Shown here: positions 1 to 9,657 of the stretch, piece by piece
Position numbering within the stretch: the first letter of the stretch is position 1
Layout of the letters: every line of letters begins with the position of its first letter
IMG/VR virus record: IMGVR_UViG_3300031857_000104
DNA length: 64,000 bases
Direction: 5' to 3' (one strand)
Source of the DNA: an uncultured virus (IMG/VR IMGVR_UViG_3300031857_000104)
Taxonomy: Duplodnaviria; Heunggongvirae; Uroviricota; Caudoviricetes
Notes under the pieces: model-generated
What the model was told of the DNA's origin: nothing
The model's input: only the letters and a program-made list of their open reading frames with translations
Databases searched by the model: none
Made by a program: the position numbers and the translations under genes

Positions 1-81
1 GAACTGGTAAAAAACACAATTGTCATATGACGGAAGGAAAAAAAGATTTGTGGAATGTTAAAGATAAAAAATTAGAATGTT

Positions 82-291
82 ATGGAAGCAAAACAGACAG
101 CGGTAGAATGGTTTAATGAAGAAATTAACAAGTTAAATGTAGGTAATGATGCAAGAGTCTTCATTGCTAAGTTATTTGAACAAGCCAAAGAAATGGATAA
201 AGAGCAAAGAATTAAAGGGTATCAATTAGGTTACGATACAGGATATAAAGTATGTGAAATGAAATTTAATGGGTTATTTAAATCAGAATAG
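82..291 (+). CDS. hypothetical phage protein (KQTAVEW-type small protein)
   Basis: ORF in tightly packed run; N-terminal KQTAVEWF and LFEQAKEM resemble the next ORF. Confidence 0.7.
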   Translation: MEAKQTAVEWFNEEINKLNVGNDARVFIAKLFEQAKEMDKEQRIKGYQLGYDTGYKVCEMKFNGLFKSE

Positions 292-292
292 A

Positions 293-826
293 ATGAAAAC
301 AACATTAGAATGGTTGAAAGAACAATTTGAAAAAGATGGTGATACAACATTTCTTAACTTAAATTGGGATAGGTTTGATGAATTATTTGAACAAGCAAAA
401 AAAATGGATGATGAGTTTTTAGAAAAACTTAAAGATTTTGATGTTTGGAAAGAATGGAAAAATTCTAGTATGAAAACAAAAGAAACTAAATTTGGAACTT
501 ACGTGGAAACTGAAAGTGCAACAAAACTAACTGGTGATAAGATCACAAGGTTTGTTGAGAGATTGAAAAAAATTGGTATTGATGTAAAACTATCAGGAAA
601 CTTTCCTTGGGTTTATATTGATGAAATCTGTGGTATAAGAGTAACAGAAAAGTTTGAGGCAAATCACGGATTTACTTTAATATTTCTTCCTGGTAGAAAC
701 GATAGTCCACCATCTGAATTTACAGATATTACAGAGATATTCAAACTTATACGAAAGTATGTTAGAGAAGTTAAGTTAGTTGAAATGATGAAAAACGACG
801 AAAAAGACGGATTATATGAAAAATAA
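293..826 (+). CDS. hypothetical phage protein
   Basis: Probable start ATG 293 (MKTTLEWL); shares LFEQAKKM with the upstream ORF. Confidence 0.7.
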   Translation: MKTTLEWLKEQFEKDGDTTFLNLNWDRFDELFEQAKKMDDEFLEKLKDFDVWKEWKNSSMKTKETKFGTYVETESATKLTGDKITRFVERLKKIGIDVKLSGNFPWVYIDEICGIRVTEKFEANHGFTLIFLPGRNDSPPSEFTDITEIFKLIRKYVREVKLVEMMKNDEKDGLYEK

Positions 827-1238
827 TAAATTGTTCTTGGACGATATAAGAATTCCAAAGGACGCGATTAATTTAATTCCAAGTAATTTCAATAAGTTTT
901 ATTGGGAAAATGATTGGGATATTGTAAGAAACTACGATGAGTTTGTTTTATATATAGAAATGAACGGAGTACCTGAATTTATATCTTTTGATCATGACTT
1001 GGCAGATTTTCACTATGATTTTAAACCTGAAGATTATGAAAACATGTCTGAGGATGATATGGTTATAAAATTTGGTAGTATGGAAAAAACAGGACTTGAT
1101 TGTGCAAAATTCCTTGTTGAATATTGTGCAGACGAAAACGTTCCATTACCTGAATATTTGGTCCATTCGGCAAATCCGTCAGGAAAAGAAAACATTGAGA
1201 AATTTTTGGAAAACGCAAAAAAACATTTATCTTTGTGA
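816..1238 (+). CDS. cyclic-phosphate-processing receiver-like domain protein
   Basis: Motifs LFLDDIR, ISFDHDL, KTGLDCAKFL, VHSANP. Confidence 0.75.
   Translation: MKNNKLFLDDIRIPKDAINLIPSNFNKFYWENDWDIVRNYDEFVLYIEMNGVPEFISFDHDLADFHYDFKPEDYENMSEDDMVIKFGSMEKTGLDCAKFLVEYCADENVPLPEYLVHSANPSGKENIEKFLENAKKHLSL
1228..1235 (+). promoter_or_regulatory. Bacteroidota-type -7 promoter box
   Basis: TATCTTTG just upstream of ATG 1240; matches TAnnTTTG. Confidence 0.55.
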
Positions 1239-1239
1239 T

Positions 1240-1629
1240 ATGGAAAAAGAATTTGTTATATACTCACTTGCTTTAAGGATGAAAAAACTTGGGTATAATG
1301 GGTCTTGTTTTGCTTTTTATCAAGTAGAGAACTTTGAAGAAAAACCTTGTGGTGTTGATGATAGAGATGAGTATATTAGAACAGGTTTTGCCACTTGTAA
1401 GAACTCTGAAATTCCTGAACATTTTACATCGGCGCCAACTTGGCAACAAGCATTTATGTGGTTAATACCACAAATAGATGGTGAATTTAAAGTTTGTTTA
1501 GGTGAAAATGGGTGGTATGTTTATAATTTGGAAAATCAAGTTTTTGAAGGTGATGTTGCACTTGAAAAGTTAATTCAAATTGTGGAACAAAGAAATGTTG
1601 ATATGACCGATTATGGTGTGTATAAATAA
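1240..1629 (+). CDS. hypothetical phage protein
   Basis: Probable start ATG 1240 (MEKEFVIYSLALRMKKLGY), just after the previous stop. Confidence 0.7.
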   Translation: MEKEFVIYSLALRMKKLGYNGSCFAFYQVENFEEKPCGVDDRDEYIRTGFATCKNSEIPEHFTSAPTWQQAFMWLIPQIDGEFKVCLGENGWYVYNLENQVFEGDVALEKLIQIVEQRNVDMTDYGVYK

Positions 1630-1641
1630 AAAACAAATAAT

Positions 1642-1890
1642 ATGAAAATAATTAAATTAACATCCCATAAAGACGATAGTTTTATTTACGTTAATGTTAA
1701 TGAAATTGGGCATTTTTATGAAGTAAAGGATAGTCAAATGTGGTATCAAGGAGAACCCACATCAAAAAAACGAACTGTGGTTGGAGTAACAACACACAAT
1801 AACGGAGGTTTTAATGTAAAAGAAACACCCGAAGAAATAATTGAATTAATTAATAGTGGTCTTTTAAATAATAATTATGAACTTAGATAA
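1642..1890 (+). CDS. hypothetical protein
   Basis: 82 aa ORF in operon; ends with VKETPEEI motif. Confidence 0.65.
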   Translation: MKIIKLTSHKDDSFIYVNVNEIGHFYEVKDSQMWYQGEPTSKKRTVVGVTTHNNGGFNVKETPEEIIELINSGLLNNNYELR

Positions 1891-2398
1891 ACTAACAATA
1901 GACGAACTTATCTCGTTAAGAAATGAAATTAATGGTAAAATATATGACTACACAGATGGTTATTTGTATATCTGTTCTGTTCGTCAGTTTGGTAGTGTTT
2001 GGGAAGAAAGACCAAGTAGTTTATATGCTCTAAGAGAACTTTGTGATTCGTATTACGGAGACAACGGTATTGTCGATGTTTATACCAACAATCCCAATTT
2101 AGAATTTCCTGAAATGGAGTTTGAAAATTATGGTGACGTTATGTATATTAAATCTGAGGGTGATTACCGTGACTGGGTTAAATACAATAAAGAAAAAAAC
2201 TTTGTTGAAGATGTAACCAAAAGAGTTAATGAGTGGGAAGAATGTAAAGATAAACCATTAAGATACCGACCTATGTTTGCACCCATTTGGACAAAAGAGG
2301 AGGTTGATGATATGACCAAAGAGTTTGAAAGTAAGACCTGGGACTTTACGGAACCAAGATCTATGAAAATAAATTATCTTGAAGATGATGTTGAATAA
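1877..2398 (+). CDS. hypothetical protein
   Basis: 173 aa ORF overlapping both neighbours. Confidence 0.7.
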   Translation: MNLDKLTIDELISLRNEINGKIYDYTDGYLYICSVRQFGSVWEERPSSLYALRELCDSYYGDNGIVDVYTNNPNLEFPEMEFENYGDVMYIKSEGDYRDWVKYNKEKNFVEDVTKRVNEWEECKDKPLRYRPMFAPIWTKEEVDDMTKEFESKTWDFTEPRSMKINYLEDDVE

Positions 2399-3203
2399 AA
2401 ATATGATAGAAACACCATTTAATTATACAGGGTCAAAGTTCAAATTGTTAGAACAATTATTAACTGAATTTGATTACACCAAAACAACTTTTGTTGATGT
2501 TTTTTGTGGTGGTGGTTCTGTATATACAAACGTTTTAGATAGGTATGATAGGATAATAATAAATGATATTATCTCAGATTTAATTGGTATCCATAATGGG
2601 TTAATGTTATCAGATGATATTATTGAGATTACTAAAACACTATGCCCTGGTAAAGGTAATCCAGAAGGTTATGCGAAACTAAGAGAAGATTATAACACAA
2701 ACCCAAGTCCTGAAAAACTATGGGCATTGATGTTATCATGTACAAACAACATGATGAGATTTAATCAAAAGTTTAAATTCAATCAAACTTATGGTGATAG
2801 AGGTTGGAATAGTAAAACAGATACCAAAGTAGAAAAGTTTGTAAACCACATTAGAAACCATGTTAGTAAAGTTGAATATCTAAGTAATCATTTTGAAGAT
2901 TTGGAGTTTAACCAAGACACCATGTTATATATTGACCCACCATACTCAAACACCGAAGCCGGTTATAATGCTTTTTGGAAAAAAGATTATGATTTAAAAC
3001 TTTATAATTGGATTAAAGATAAGGACAGTAAAGGTTGTTTTTTTGCTGTTTCAGGTTCATTATCACATGATGGTAAATCTTGTTTACTGTTAGATATGTT
3101 AATTAAAGATGGATATACTTGTGTTGAATTTGAATACGATTATAATAAAGTATCAAGGGTCGGTAAAAAAGAAACCAAAGAAGTTTTAATTAAAAATTAT
3201 TGA
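2379..3203 (+). CDS. DNA adenine methyltransferase, D12/Dam class
   Basis: PFNYTGSK, DVFCGGGSV (motif I), RFNQK, YIDPPY (motif IV); true start may be slightly downstream. Confidence 0.9.
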   Translation: MKMMLNKNMIETPFNYTGSKFKLLEQLLTEFDYTKTTFVDVFCGGGSVYTNVLDRYDRIIINDIISDLIGIHNGLMLSDDIIEITKTLCPGKGNPEGYAKLREDYNTNPSPEKLWALMLSCTNNMMRFNQKFKFNQTYGDRGWNSKTDTKVEKFVNHIRNHVSKVEYLSNHFEDLEFNQDTMLYIDPPYSNTEAGYNAFWKKDYDLKLYNWIKDKDSKGCFFAVSGSLSHDGKSCLLLDMLIKDGYTCVEFEYDYNKVSRVGKKETKEVLIKNY

Positions 3204-3222
3204 ATAATTAAAAAATAATTTA

Positions 3223-3230
3223 TATCTTTG
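3223..3230 (+). promoter_or_regulatory. Bacteroidota-type -7 promoter box
   Basis: TATCTTTG just upstream of ATG 3235. Confidence 0.55.
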
Positions 3231-3234
3231 TGTC

Positions 3235-3366
3235 ATGAAATATTTAGGAGTTAGTTTGATTTATTTAGGGTTCTTTGGATTAATAGGGACCGCATTGTAT
3301 ATTACACAAAACGCAAATTGTTTGTGGGCTTTATTATTAACACCATCTATAAAAAGTAACGATTAA
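3235..3366 (+). CDS. small membrane protein
   Basis: 43 aa hydrophobic ORF (MKYLGVSLIYLGFFGLIG...) filling the gap; below the ORF-track cutoff. Confidence 0.6.
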   Translation: MKYLGVSLIYLGFFGLIGTALYITQNANCLWALLLTPSIKSND

Positions 3367-3370
3367 GATT

Positions 3371-3631
3371 ATGGAATTTGAGGCATTTGAAAGAGCAAAA
3401 AAAGTTAAAGAACAACTTGATAGATTAGAAAATCAGAAGTATAAGTTGGAAAGATCTCTTAAATCTTGTTTTTTGGGTGCATCAATCACATACTCAACAG
3501 GAGGGGGATCCGGAATAAAAGATGAAGTTATTCTTTATAACAAAGAAGCTATTAAAGAAATGATTTCTAAAGAACTTGAAAGATTAAAAGGAGAAATAGG
3601 TTTAGTAAAAGAAGAATTTGAAAATATATAA
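3371..3631 (+). CDS. hypothetical coiled-coil protein
   Basis: 86 aa ORF in operon. Confidence 0.65.
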   Translation: MEFEAFERAKKVKEQLDRLENQKYKLERSLKSCFLGASITYSTGGGSGIKDEVILYNKEAIKEMISKELERLKGEIGLVKEEFENI

Positions 3632-3633
3632 AA

Positions 3634-4761
3634 ATGGAAAATTTAAATAGTGTTGCATATGTTGGTAAGATAGGTTCAGTATCTGAAATACCAAATGCAG
3701 ATAATATAGAATTAGTAACTGTTGGTGGTTGGAATGCGATAACTAAAAAAGGTGAATACCAGGTTGGTGATTTAGTCGTTGTTGCAACTACCGATGCGGT
3801 AATACCACAAGCATTATCTGACTTGATGGAAGTAACTAACTACCTTCGTAAAGGACAAAGAGTTAGAACCGTAAAACTTCGTGGAGTTTACTCTGAATGC
3901 TTATTAATACCATTCAAATACTTGGCACCAAAATCTTTGGAGAACAATGTTAATGAAGGTGATGATATGATGGAAATACTTGGTATAACTAAATACGAGC
4001 CACCAGTTAAAGTAGTAACTTTAGTTTCAGGCGACCGTAAAGTAAAGTACCACCAAAATCCTAACTTCCACGTTTACTACAAATTTCCTAATCAAAAGAA
4101 CGTACCTGATATGTTTAATGAGGAAGATGAGGTTGTTATAACTCGTAAGTTGCATGGAACTAATGCACGTTACGGTATAGTTAGAAAGAAAAAACTATCA
4201 CTATGGGATAAGGTTAAATTATTTTTTGGAAATCAATGGGCGGGATTTGAGTACGTTTATGGGTCACATAATGTTGAAAAAGGGTCAGACTCACAAGGGT
4301 TTTATTCAACCGATGTGTGGGATGATGTTGCTAATAAGTATGATATAAGAGATAAATTGTGGGATCACGTAAAAAATACTTATGACTATCTTGAAAGTGG
4401 TTTTATAATATATGGTGAAATATATGGTGCTGGTATACAAAAAAACTATGACTATGGTTTAGAAGACATAAAGTTTGCTGGTTTTGATGTTGAAGTGGAT
4501 AACAAATATGTTGGTTATCCTGCAGAATGTGCACACTTTAATGTTTTGGATTTACCACAAGTTGAAAAATTATATTGGGGACATTGGTCTAAAGAAAAAC
4601 AAGATAAGTTTGTTTTTAATAACAATATAGAGGGAACTAAAGTACCACATGAGGGTGTTGTTGTTAAATCTGTAACTGGTGACCGTAAAAAAGTATCGAA
4701 AGTAATAAACCCTGATTATTTAATATACGGAGAAAAAAATAATGTTGGTGACTCCCATTAA
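3634..4761 (+). CDS. RNA ligase, DRB0094/Rnl2-like family
   Basis: N-terminal IPNADNIE...VGGW; nucleotidyltransferase motifs RKLHGTN, YGEIYG, FAGFDV, HEGVV, KVINPDY. Confidence 0.9.
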   Translation: MENLNSVAYVGKIGSVSEIPNADNIELVTVGGWNAITKKGEYQVGDLVVVATTDAVIPQALSDLMEVTNYLRKGQRVRTVKLRGVYSECLLIPFKYLAPKSLENNVNEGDDMMEILGITKYEPPVKVVTLVSGDRKVKYHQNPNFHVYYKFPNQKNVPDMFNEEDEVVITRKLHGTNARYGIVRKKKLSLWDKVKLFFGNQWAGFEYVYGSHNVEKGSDSQGFYSTDVWDDVANKYDIRDKLWDHVKNTYDYLESGFIIYGEIYGAGIQKNYDYGLEDIKFAGFDVEVDNKYVGYPAECAHFNVLDLPQVEKLYWGHWSKEKQDKFVFNNNIEGTKVPHEGVVVKSVTGDRKKVSKVINPDYLIYGEKNNVGDSH

Positions 4762-4783
4762 CTTGATGGGGTCACTTTTTTTT
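4748..4783 (+). terminator. intrinsic terminator
   Basis: GTGACTCCCAT...ATGGGGTCAC hairpin followed by T8. Confidence 0.75.
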
Positions 4784-4807
4784 ATTAACTTTATAAAAAA
4801 TTAAAAT

Positions 4808-5074
4808 ATGCCTTATATAAATGTACACGTAGATTTAGATGAAATTTACGAAGATATGGATAGACGAGATAAACAAGCAATGGCCGAGTGGTTACATGAC
4901 GATGGTATTTTAGAAACTCACCATAATATCGAAATAAGAAAATTAGTTAGAGGTAAAGAAGAATCTAACGGTGAAAAATATTTAAGAGACGACCTAACAA
5001 AAATTTGGAACTCTTATTACCAATTAACTAGTGAAGAAGAATTATTAATTAAAAATATAGCAAATAGATTATGA
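4808..5074 (+). CDS. hypothetical protein
   Basis: 88 aa ORF. Confidence 0.65.
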   Translation: MPYINVHVDLDEIYEDMDRRDKQAMAEWLHDDGILETHHNIEIRKLVRGKEESNGEKYLRDDLTKIWNSYYQLTSEEELLIKNIANRL

Positions 5075-5310
5075 TACAACCAGCAAGAGAAATTATTTAC
5101 GGTGTTTGTGATAAAACCGGTGATTGCGATTCGTATTTTGGGTTTTTTAAAAATTATGAAGATGCACAAAAAGAAGTAAAAGTCCAATCAGACAGATTAA
5201 AAAATGAATTAGGTATGATGGATATTGTGGTTAAAGAAGATAGGGCCGTATTACCTAAAGATAGAGTAGAAACAATGGTAATAATAATTCATAGTTATGT
5301 CCTTAGATAA
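5071..5310 (+). CDS. hypothetical protein
   Basis: 79 aa ORF, ATGA overlap with the upstream gene. Confidence 0.65.
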   Translation: MIQPAREIIYGVCDKTGDCDSYFGFFKNYEDAQKEVKVQSDRLKNELGMMDIVVKEDRAVLPKDRVETMVIIIHSYVLR

Positions 5311-5509
5311 AGAAAAAGACCCAATTGGGTTAAAAATCACAAAGTTTATTGTTGCTAACGTTTTTTGGTATTTATTATTTTCTATAATTTATTGGAACAT
5401 TGATTGTAGAGAATGGTGGTTAGTAAAAGGTGCGTGGGGTCGATTTTTATTGGTGGTATTAGAATTATTAATTTATGCAAGTGCATTTTCAGATGGAAAA
5501 AAAAGTTGA
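5297..5509 (+). CDS. small membrane protein
   Basis: Two hydrophobic segments. Confidence 0.6.
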   Translation: MSLDKEKDPIGLKITKFIVANVFWYLLFSIIYWNIDCREWWLVKGAWGRFLLVVLELLIYASAFSDGKKS

Positions 5510-5684
5510 AGTTTTAGTTAGGTTTGCAAACGAAAGTGTTTATTATAACAAAATAAAAATAGACCCTTTAAAAATAAAAGACCCAATGGTTTTTACTGAT
5601 GAGGTATTCGTAACTATTGATGGTGTTAGAGTGGCAATGAAAAAAGAAGATTGGAATAATTTAAAATTAAAAGAAAATGAGTGA
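5493..5684 (+). CDS. hypothetical protein
   Basis: Probable start MEKKVEV. Confidence 0.6.
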   Translation: MEKKVEVLVRFANESVYYNKIKIDPLKIKDPMVFTDEVFVTIDGVRVAMKKEDWNNLKLKENE

Positions 5685-6690
5685 TATTATTGAAGAAGAC
5701 TACTCTATTGGTGATGAAGAAATAGATTCTGATGTAGAAGAAAGATATCTAACTACAGATGAAATAATCCATAAAAATCGTAAAGTTGTGAGGGGTCTAA
5801 AAAATGAAGAAAAAAAAGAATTAGACATTCCTTGTTGCTGGAGTAATTTAAAAAATGACGAGTATGCACCTGCATATGTGACAGTACCAAAAGTTCCTGC
5901 TGGTGTTTATGAGATTGGTTGGAACGGACAACTTGGGACTCACACATTAAAAAAACAACCATTTAAAACTGATGAGTTGTATCATTTACCATCACCTGAG
6001 ATTACAGACATATTACAGGATATTGAAAATTTTTGGAATAGAGTTGATAAATACAAACAATATAACTTTGTACACAAAAGAGGTATTTTAATGTATGGAG
6101 ATCCTGGTTGTGGAAAGTCAGGAATCATACAACTAATCACACAACAATTAATAGAAAGAGACGGTATTGTTATTAATGTTAAAGATGAAGAAGACGTTGA
6201 AAGGTTCACATCATTTATTGCAACTTTTAGAAAAGTAGAACCAAATAGACCACTTGTTGTATTATTAGAAGATATTGACTCAATTGCAAGTGAAAATAGA
6301 TATCAAACGGCAAGACTATTAAATATCTTAGATGGAGTAAAACAAATTGAAGGTGTAGTATATATTGCAACAACAAACTACCCTGAAAAACTACAAGAGA
6401 GAATCACCAACAGACCTTCTCGTTTTGATAGAAGATACAAAGTTGAAGTACCAAATGAAGAAATAAGAAGAGCATATATTAGACATAAATTGAATGACGA
6501 AGATATTAAAAATATTAATATTGATGAATGGGTTAAAAGAACTGAAGGTATGTCATTATCACATTTAAAAGAAGTCGTTATTTCAGTTATAGTTATGGGT
6601 AGAACATTTGAAGAAACTATTGGTAACTTAGAAGAATTGGCTGAAAAACCAAGAATTAAAGGATCTGGTAGTGTTGGATTTGGAAAATAA
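5677..6690 (+). CDS. AAA+ ATPase
   Basis: Walker A GDPGCGKS, Walker B LLEDID, sensor ATTNYPE, SRH RPSRFDR. Confidence 0.9.
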   Translation: MSDIIEEDYSIGDEEIDSDVEERYLTTDEIIHKNRKVVRGLKNEEKKELDIPCCWSNLKNDEYAPAYVTVPKVPAGVYEIGWNGQLGTHTLKKQPFKTDELYHLPSPEITDILQDIENFWNRVDKYKQYNFVHKRGILMYGDPGCGKSGIIQLITQQLIERDGIVINVKDEEDVERFTSFIATFRKVEPNRPLVVLLEDIDSIASENRYQTARLLNILDGVKQIEGVVYIATTNYPEKLQERITNRPSRFDRRYKVEVPNEEIRRAYIRHKLNDEDIKNINIDEWVKRTEGMSLSHLKEVVISVIVMGRTFEETIGNLEELAEKPRIKGSGSVGFGK

Positions 6691-6714
6691 TTATTATATT
6701 TGTAAAAAAAAGTT

Positions 6715-6879
6715 ATGGGAATAAGTCAAATTGTAATGTTAGTATTATTAAGTTTAAATTTATTAATGGGTGCACATTTTCACGGAAAAGAAAGAACGGG
6801 AAAATATAGTTTTTGGGTTACAACCATAAGTGTTGCGATTTATATGTCATTATTAATAACTGGTGGATTTTTTAATTAA
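6715..6879 (+). CDS. small membrane protein
   Basis: 54 aa ORF with two hydrophobic helices; TATATTTG at 6695 upstream. Confidence 0.6.
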   Translation: MGISQIVMLVLLSLNLLMGAHFHGKERTGKYSFWVTTISVAIYMSLLITGGFFN

Positions 6880-6885
6880 AAAATT

Positions 6886-7071
6886 ATGTCTAAACACAAA
6901 AAAGTAACTTGGGAATGTTTAAGTTGTAATAAACAACACGAATCGTACTCTGATAGAAGATGGGATATGCAAATTTGTGAGTGTGGGAAAAGTGGGTATG
7001 ATTTAGAAAAGTTTTATTCAAGAACTATGGGAGAAATAAAAATTATCAAGGAAGAAATATTTGAAAAATGA
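6886..7071 (+). CDS. small Zn-ribbon-like protein
   Basis: CLSC...CECG. Confidence 0.6.
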   Translation: MSKHKKVTWECLSCNKQHESYSDRRWDMQICECGKSGYDLEKFYSRTMGEIKIIKEEIFEK

Positions 7072-7496
7072 GATATCACGCAAATTTTTATACAAATAGA
7101 TTAGTAACCGAATGGTTAAAAAACGGTAAGATTATAATCGCTTGTGATCTTGACGATACAATAATACCTTATAACGAAGAGATAAAATACAACTGTAAAA
7201 AAATGGTTGATTTGATATTGGAGTGTCAAAAGGAAGGTATTATATTTTTAATAAACACCGCAAGAAGTAAATTTCAATTAGAAAGAGCAAAAGAACAAGT
7301 TGAAGAACTTGGTATTGTGGTTCACGGGGTAAATAAAATGCACCCTGAATGGGACAAACCATATGGTATAAATGGTAAAATATATGCTAACATATTTTTA
7401 GATGATAGAGGAGGGTTTGGTTGTACGTATGAAATACTATCCACGGCACTTGCTATAGTAAGAAAAGAAAGAAAAGATGGGAATAAGGATGAATGA
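7068..7496 (+). CDS. HAD-superfamily hydrolase-like protein
   Basis: IIACDLDDT motif I, NTAR, C-terminal FLDDR. Confidence 0.75.
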   Translation: MRYHANFYTNRLVTEWLKNGKIIIACDLDDTIIPYNEEIKYNCKKMVDLILECQKEGIIFLINTARSKFQLERAKEQVEELGIVVHGVNKMHPEWDKPYGINGKIYANIFLDDRGGFGCTYEILSTALAIVRKERKDGNKDE

Positions 7497-8040
7497 TAAT
7501 TACAGAACGGATCATGAGTTTGAAAACTTTTTGAAAAATATTAGTGGAGTTACTATACAACACAAACAACATTTGGGACCAATAATCGAAAGAAGGTATT
7601 TTAATGTTGGTAACGGATGGTTAGGAATTATTCAAAGACTCTTTGAGGTTTTAATTAGACTTGGTTGGAACAAACAATTTATCAACGTAAAAGAAAAGTT
7701 TGGTGGTATGAGTATTTTTATTGACAACATACCAGAAAACGGTTTTAATTTTATTTTAGATGCCGAAAAAGAAACATTTAAAGTTTGTGAGATTTGTGGC
7801 GAACCAGGAGAACAACATAGAATAAAGGGTTGGATACACACACTTTGTGAAGAACATAGAGACGAAAGACTTATGGTTGAAGACGAAGGTAAAAAATATC
7901 TTATAAAAGAAAAAGAAAAAATTAATAATGGTGATTTATATTACAACGCCCAAACACATAAAGTATTGAAGTGTGAAGTAGATAATTTTTTTGATCCTTG
8001 GTCAGTAAAAGTTATAGAAATAATTAAAAATAATAATTGA
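7477..8040 (+). CDS. conserved phage protein (KEKFGG...CExCG...TLC type)
   Basis: VGNGW, VKEKFGGM, CEICGEPG, GWIHTLCEEH. Confidence 0.65.
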   Translation: MGIRMNDNYRTDHEFENFLKNISGVTIQHKQHLGPIIERRYFNVGNGWLGIIQRLFEVLIRLGWNKQFINVKEKFGGMSIFIDNIPENGFNFILDAEKETFKVCEICGEPGEQHRIKGWIHTLCEEHRDERLMVEDEGKKYLIKEKEKINNGDLYYNAQTHKVLKCEVDNFFDPWSVKVIEIIKNNN

Positions 8041-8065
8041 CAATTAAAATAGAATTATATATAAT
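8037..8065 (+). promoter_or_regulatory. canonical sigma70-like promoter
   Basis: TTGACA-N17-TATAAT 21 nt upstream of ATG 8087; chance match possible in AT-rich DNA. Confidence 0.45.
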
Positions 8066-8086
8066 TACAAAACAAAAACAAAAGAC

Positions 8087-8521
8087 ATGACAATTAAACA
8101 GGCGCTAAAACAAAAAAACAAGTTAATCAAAAGTATTACTGAAAATACTAAGTTGATGCAACAATATAACTCAATTGAAGTTGGTAATAAAAGGCCATAT
8201 AGTACAACAACACTATATGATAGAATATCACTTGATATGGACGAATTGGCGAGTTTAAAAACTAAAATCCATATAGCAAACACACCCGTGTTAAATAAGA
8301 TTTTTGAAATGTCAGAAACAAAATCTTTAATTGCGTCACTTAAAAAAATGGATTGCACCGAAGGTAAATCAAATAGAGATAGATACCGTCTTGAAAGTGA
8401 AGTAGTTTTAACTTCAGAAATAGGTTTAGTTGTGAGAAATGAAATGGTAAGAGTATTAGAAGAAAAAGTAGAAAAAATTCAAGATGAGTTGGATGTGTTT
8501 AACGCAACAACCACAATATAA
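8087..8521 (+). CDS. DIP1984-like helical protein
   Basis: MTIKQALKQKNKL...LKTKIHIAN...IQDELDVFNATT pattern. Confidence 0.6.
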   Translation: MTIKQALKQKNKLIKSITENTKLMQQYNSIEVGNKRPYSTTTLYDRISLDMDELASLKTKIHIANTPVLNKIFEMSETKSLIASLKKMDCTEGKSNRDRYRLESEVVLTSEIGLVVRNEMVRVLEEKVEKIQDELDVFNATTTI

Positions 8522-8705
8522 TGTGATTTGAGGATAGTGTTAAAAAGTATATCTCGTCTACAATTGAAAACTGGATAGTTGATAATTGATTGTGATTAAG
8601 TAATGTCCTAATTTTAACAGAAAATTCAAACACTCAAAAGTCATTTTATTAAAACTTAAAACTCTTAAAATTTGAGATTTTTTAATAACTTGAACCAAAT
8701 CATAT
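8521..8705 (+). ncRNA. candidate structured RNA / 3' element after the DIP1984-like gene
   Basis: ATGTGATTTG (8521) can pair with CAAATCATAT (ends 8705); inner ATCTC/GAGAT pair; periodic TCAAA/TTAAA units; terminator follows. Confidence 0.4.
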
Positions 8706-8706
8706 A

Positions 8707-8741
8707 AAACCCTCAGTAGAAATATTGGGGGTTTGTTTTTT
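8707..8741 (+). terminator. intrinsic terminator
   Basis: AAACCCTCAGTA-GAAA-TATTGGGGGTTT then T-run. Confidence 0.7.
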
Positions 8742-8767
8742 ATAAATAAATTTATTATATTTGTATT

Positions 8768-9346
8768 ATGAAAGTTATATTTTTAGATAATGATGGTGTT
8801 ATATGTCTCTCTAACAATTGGGGTGGACGAACAAAAAAATGGGCAAAATACCGTAGTGAAAATCCTGATAGTAGTAAGGAAAAAAAAGATGCCCCTGTTG
8901 AATATCGTTTTGATGACTTTGATAAAAAAGCAATTAAAATTCTTAATGAGATACTTGAAGAAACAGGTGCTGAAATTGTTGTAAGTTCAGATTGGAAATT
9001 ACACGCAACACTTGAAGAACTTGGAAATTATTACGAAAGTCAAGGTATTATCAAACGACCAATCGAGTTGACTCCTAACTTAAAAGATTGTACTGTTCAC
9101 GGTAACAATTTTATATGGTCAACACAATGGGATTTAGAACAAACACGAACAATTGAAATTAAACAATATCTTCACGATCATCCTGAAATTACTCATTGGG
9201 TTTCTATTGATGATTTAAATATGGGTAAGATAGGTGAGCCTTGGAAAGACCTATGGGCGATAACTAACTTTGTTTTAACACCAAAATCAAACGAGGGAAT
9301 AAAACAATCTGGACTTAAAGAAAAAATTATAAAATTTTTAAAATGA
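8768..9346 (+). CDS. HAD phosphatase, RNA-repair ('Swiss army knife') type
   Basis: KVIFLDNDGVI, IVVSSDW, VSIDDL; TATATTTG at 8756 upstream. Confidence 0.8.
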   Translation: MKVIFLDNDGVICLSNNWGGRTKKWAKYRSENPDSSKEKKDAPVEYRFDDFDKKAIKILNEILEETGAEIVVSSDWKLHATLEELGNYYESQGIIKRPIELTPNLKDCTVHGNNFIWSTQWDLEQTRTIEIKQYLHDHPEITHWVSIDDLNMGKIGEPWKDLWAITNFVLTPKSNEGIKQSGLKEKIIKFLK

Positions 9347-9657
9347 TTAATATAAAAGATTTATTTAAAAAAAGACCTGATTTACTCGCAGAATTGGAAG
9401 TTAAAAAACTTATCGAACATACCAAGGAACTTGAGGGTGAAATATTTGAAAAGAAAATAGAAAAAAACTATGACAAAAACCATATGTTGAAATCTATGTT
9501 ACAAGATATTTTGTCAAGTTGCAAAGAGTATGAAGAAAATAAAATACTTGAAGAAAGATATCCTGAACTATATAAAAAAGTTGATGCCGATTCTTTAGTT
9601 AAAAATTTATTAGACTATATTATAACCATGAACGCTAAAAACGATTTAGGATTATGA
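9343..9657 (+). CDS. hypothetical protein
   Basis: 104 aa ORF, ATGA overlaps. Confidence 0.65.
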   Translation: MINIKDLFKKRPDLLAELEVKKLIEHTKELEGEIFEKKIEKNYDKNHMLKSMLQDILSSCKEYEENKILEERYPELYKKVDADSLVKNLLDYIITMNAKNDLGL

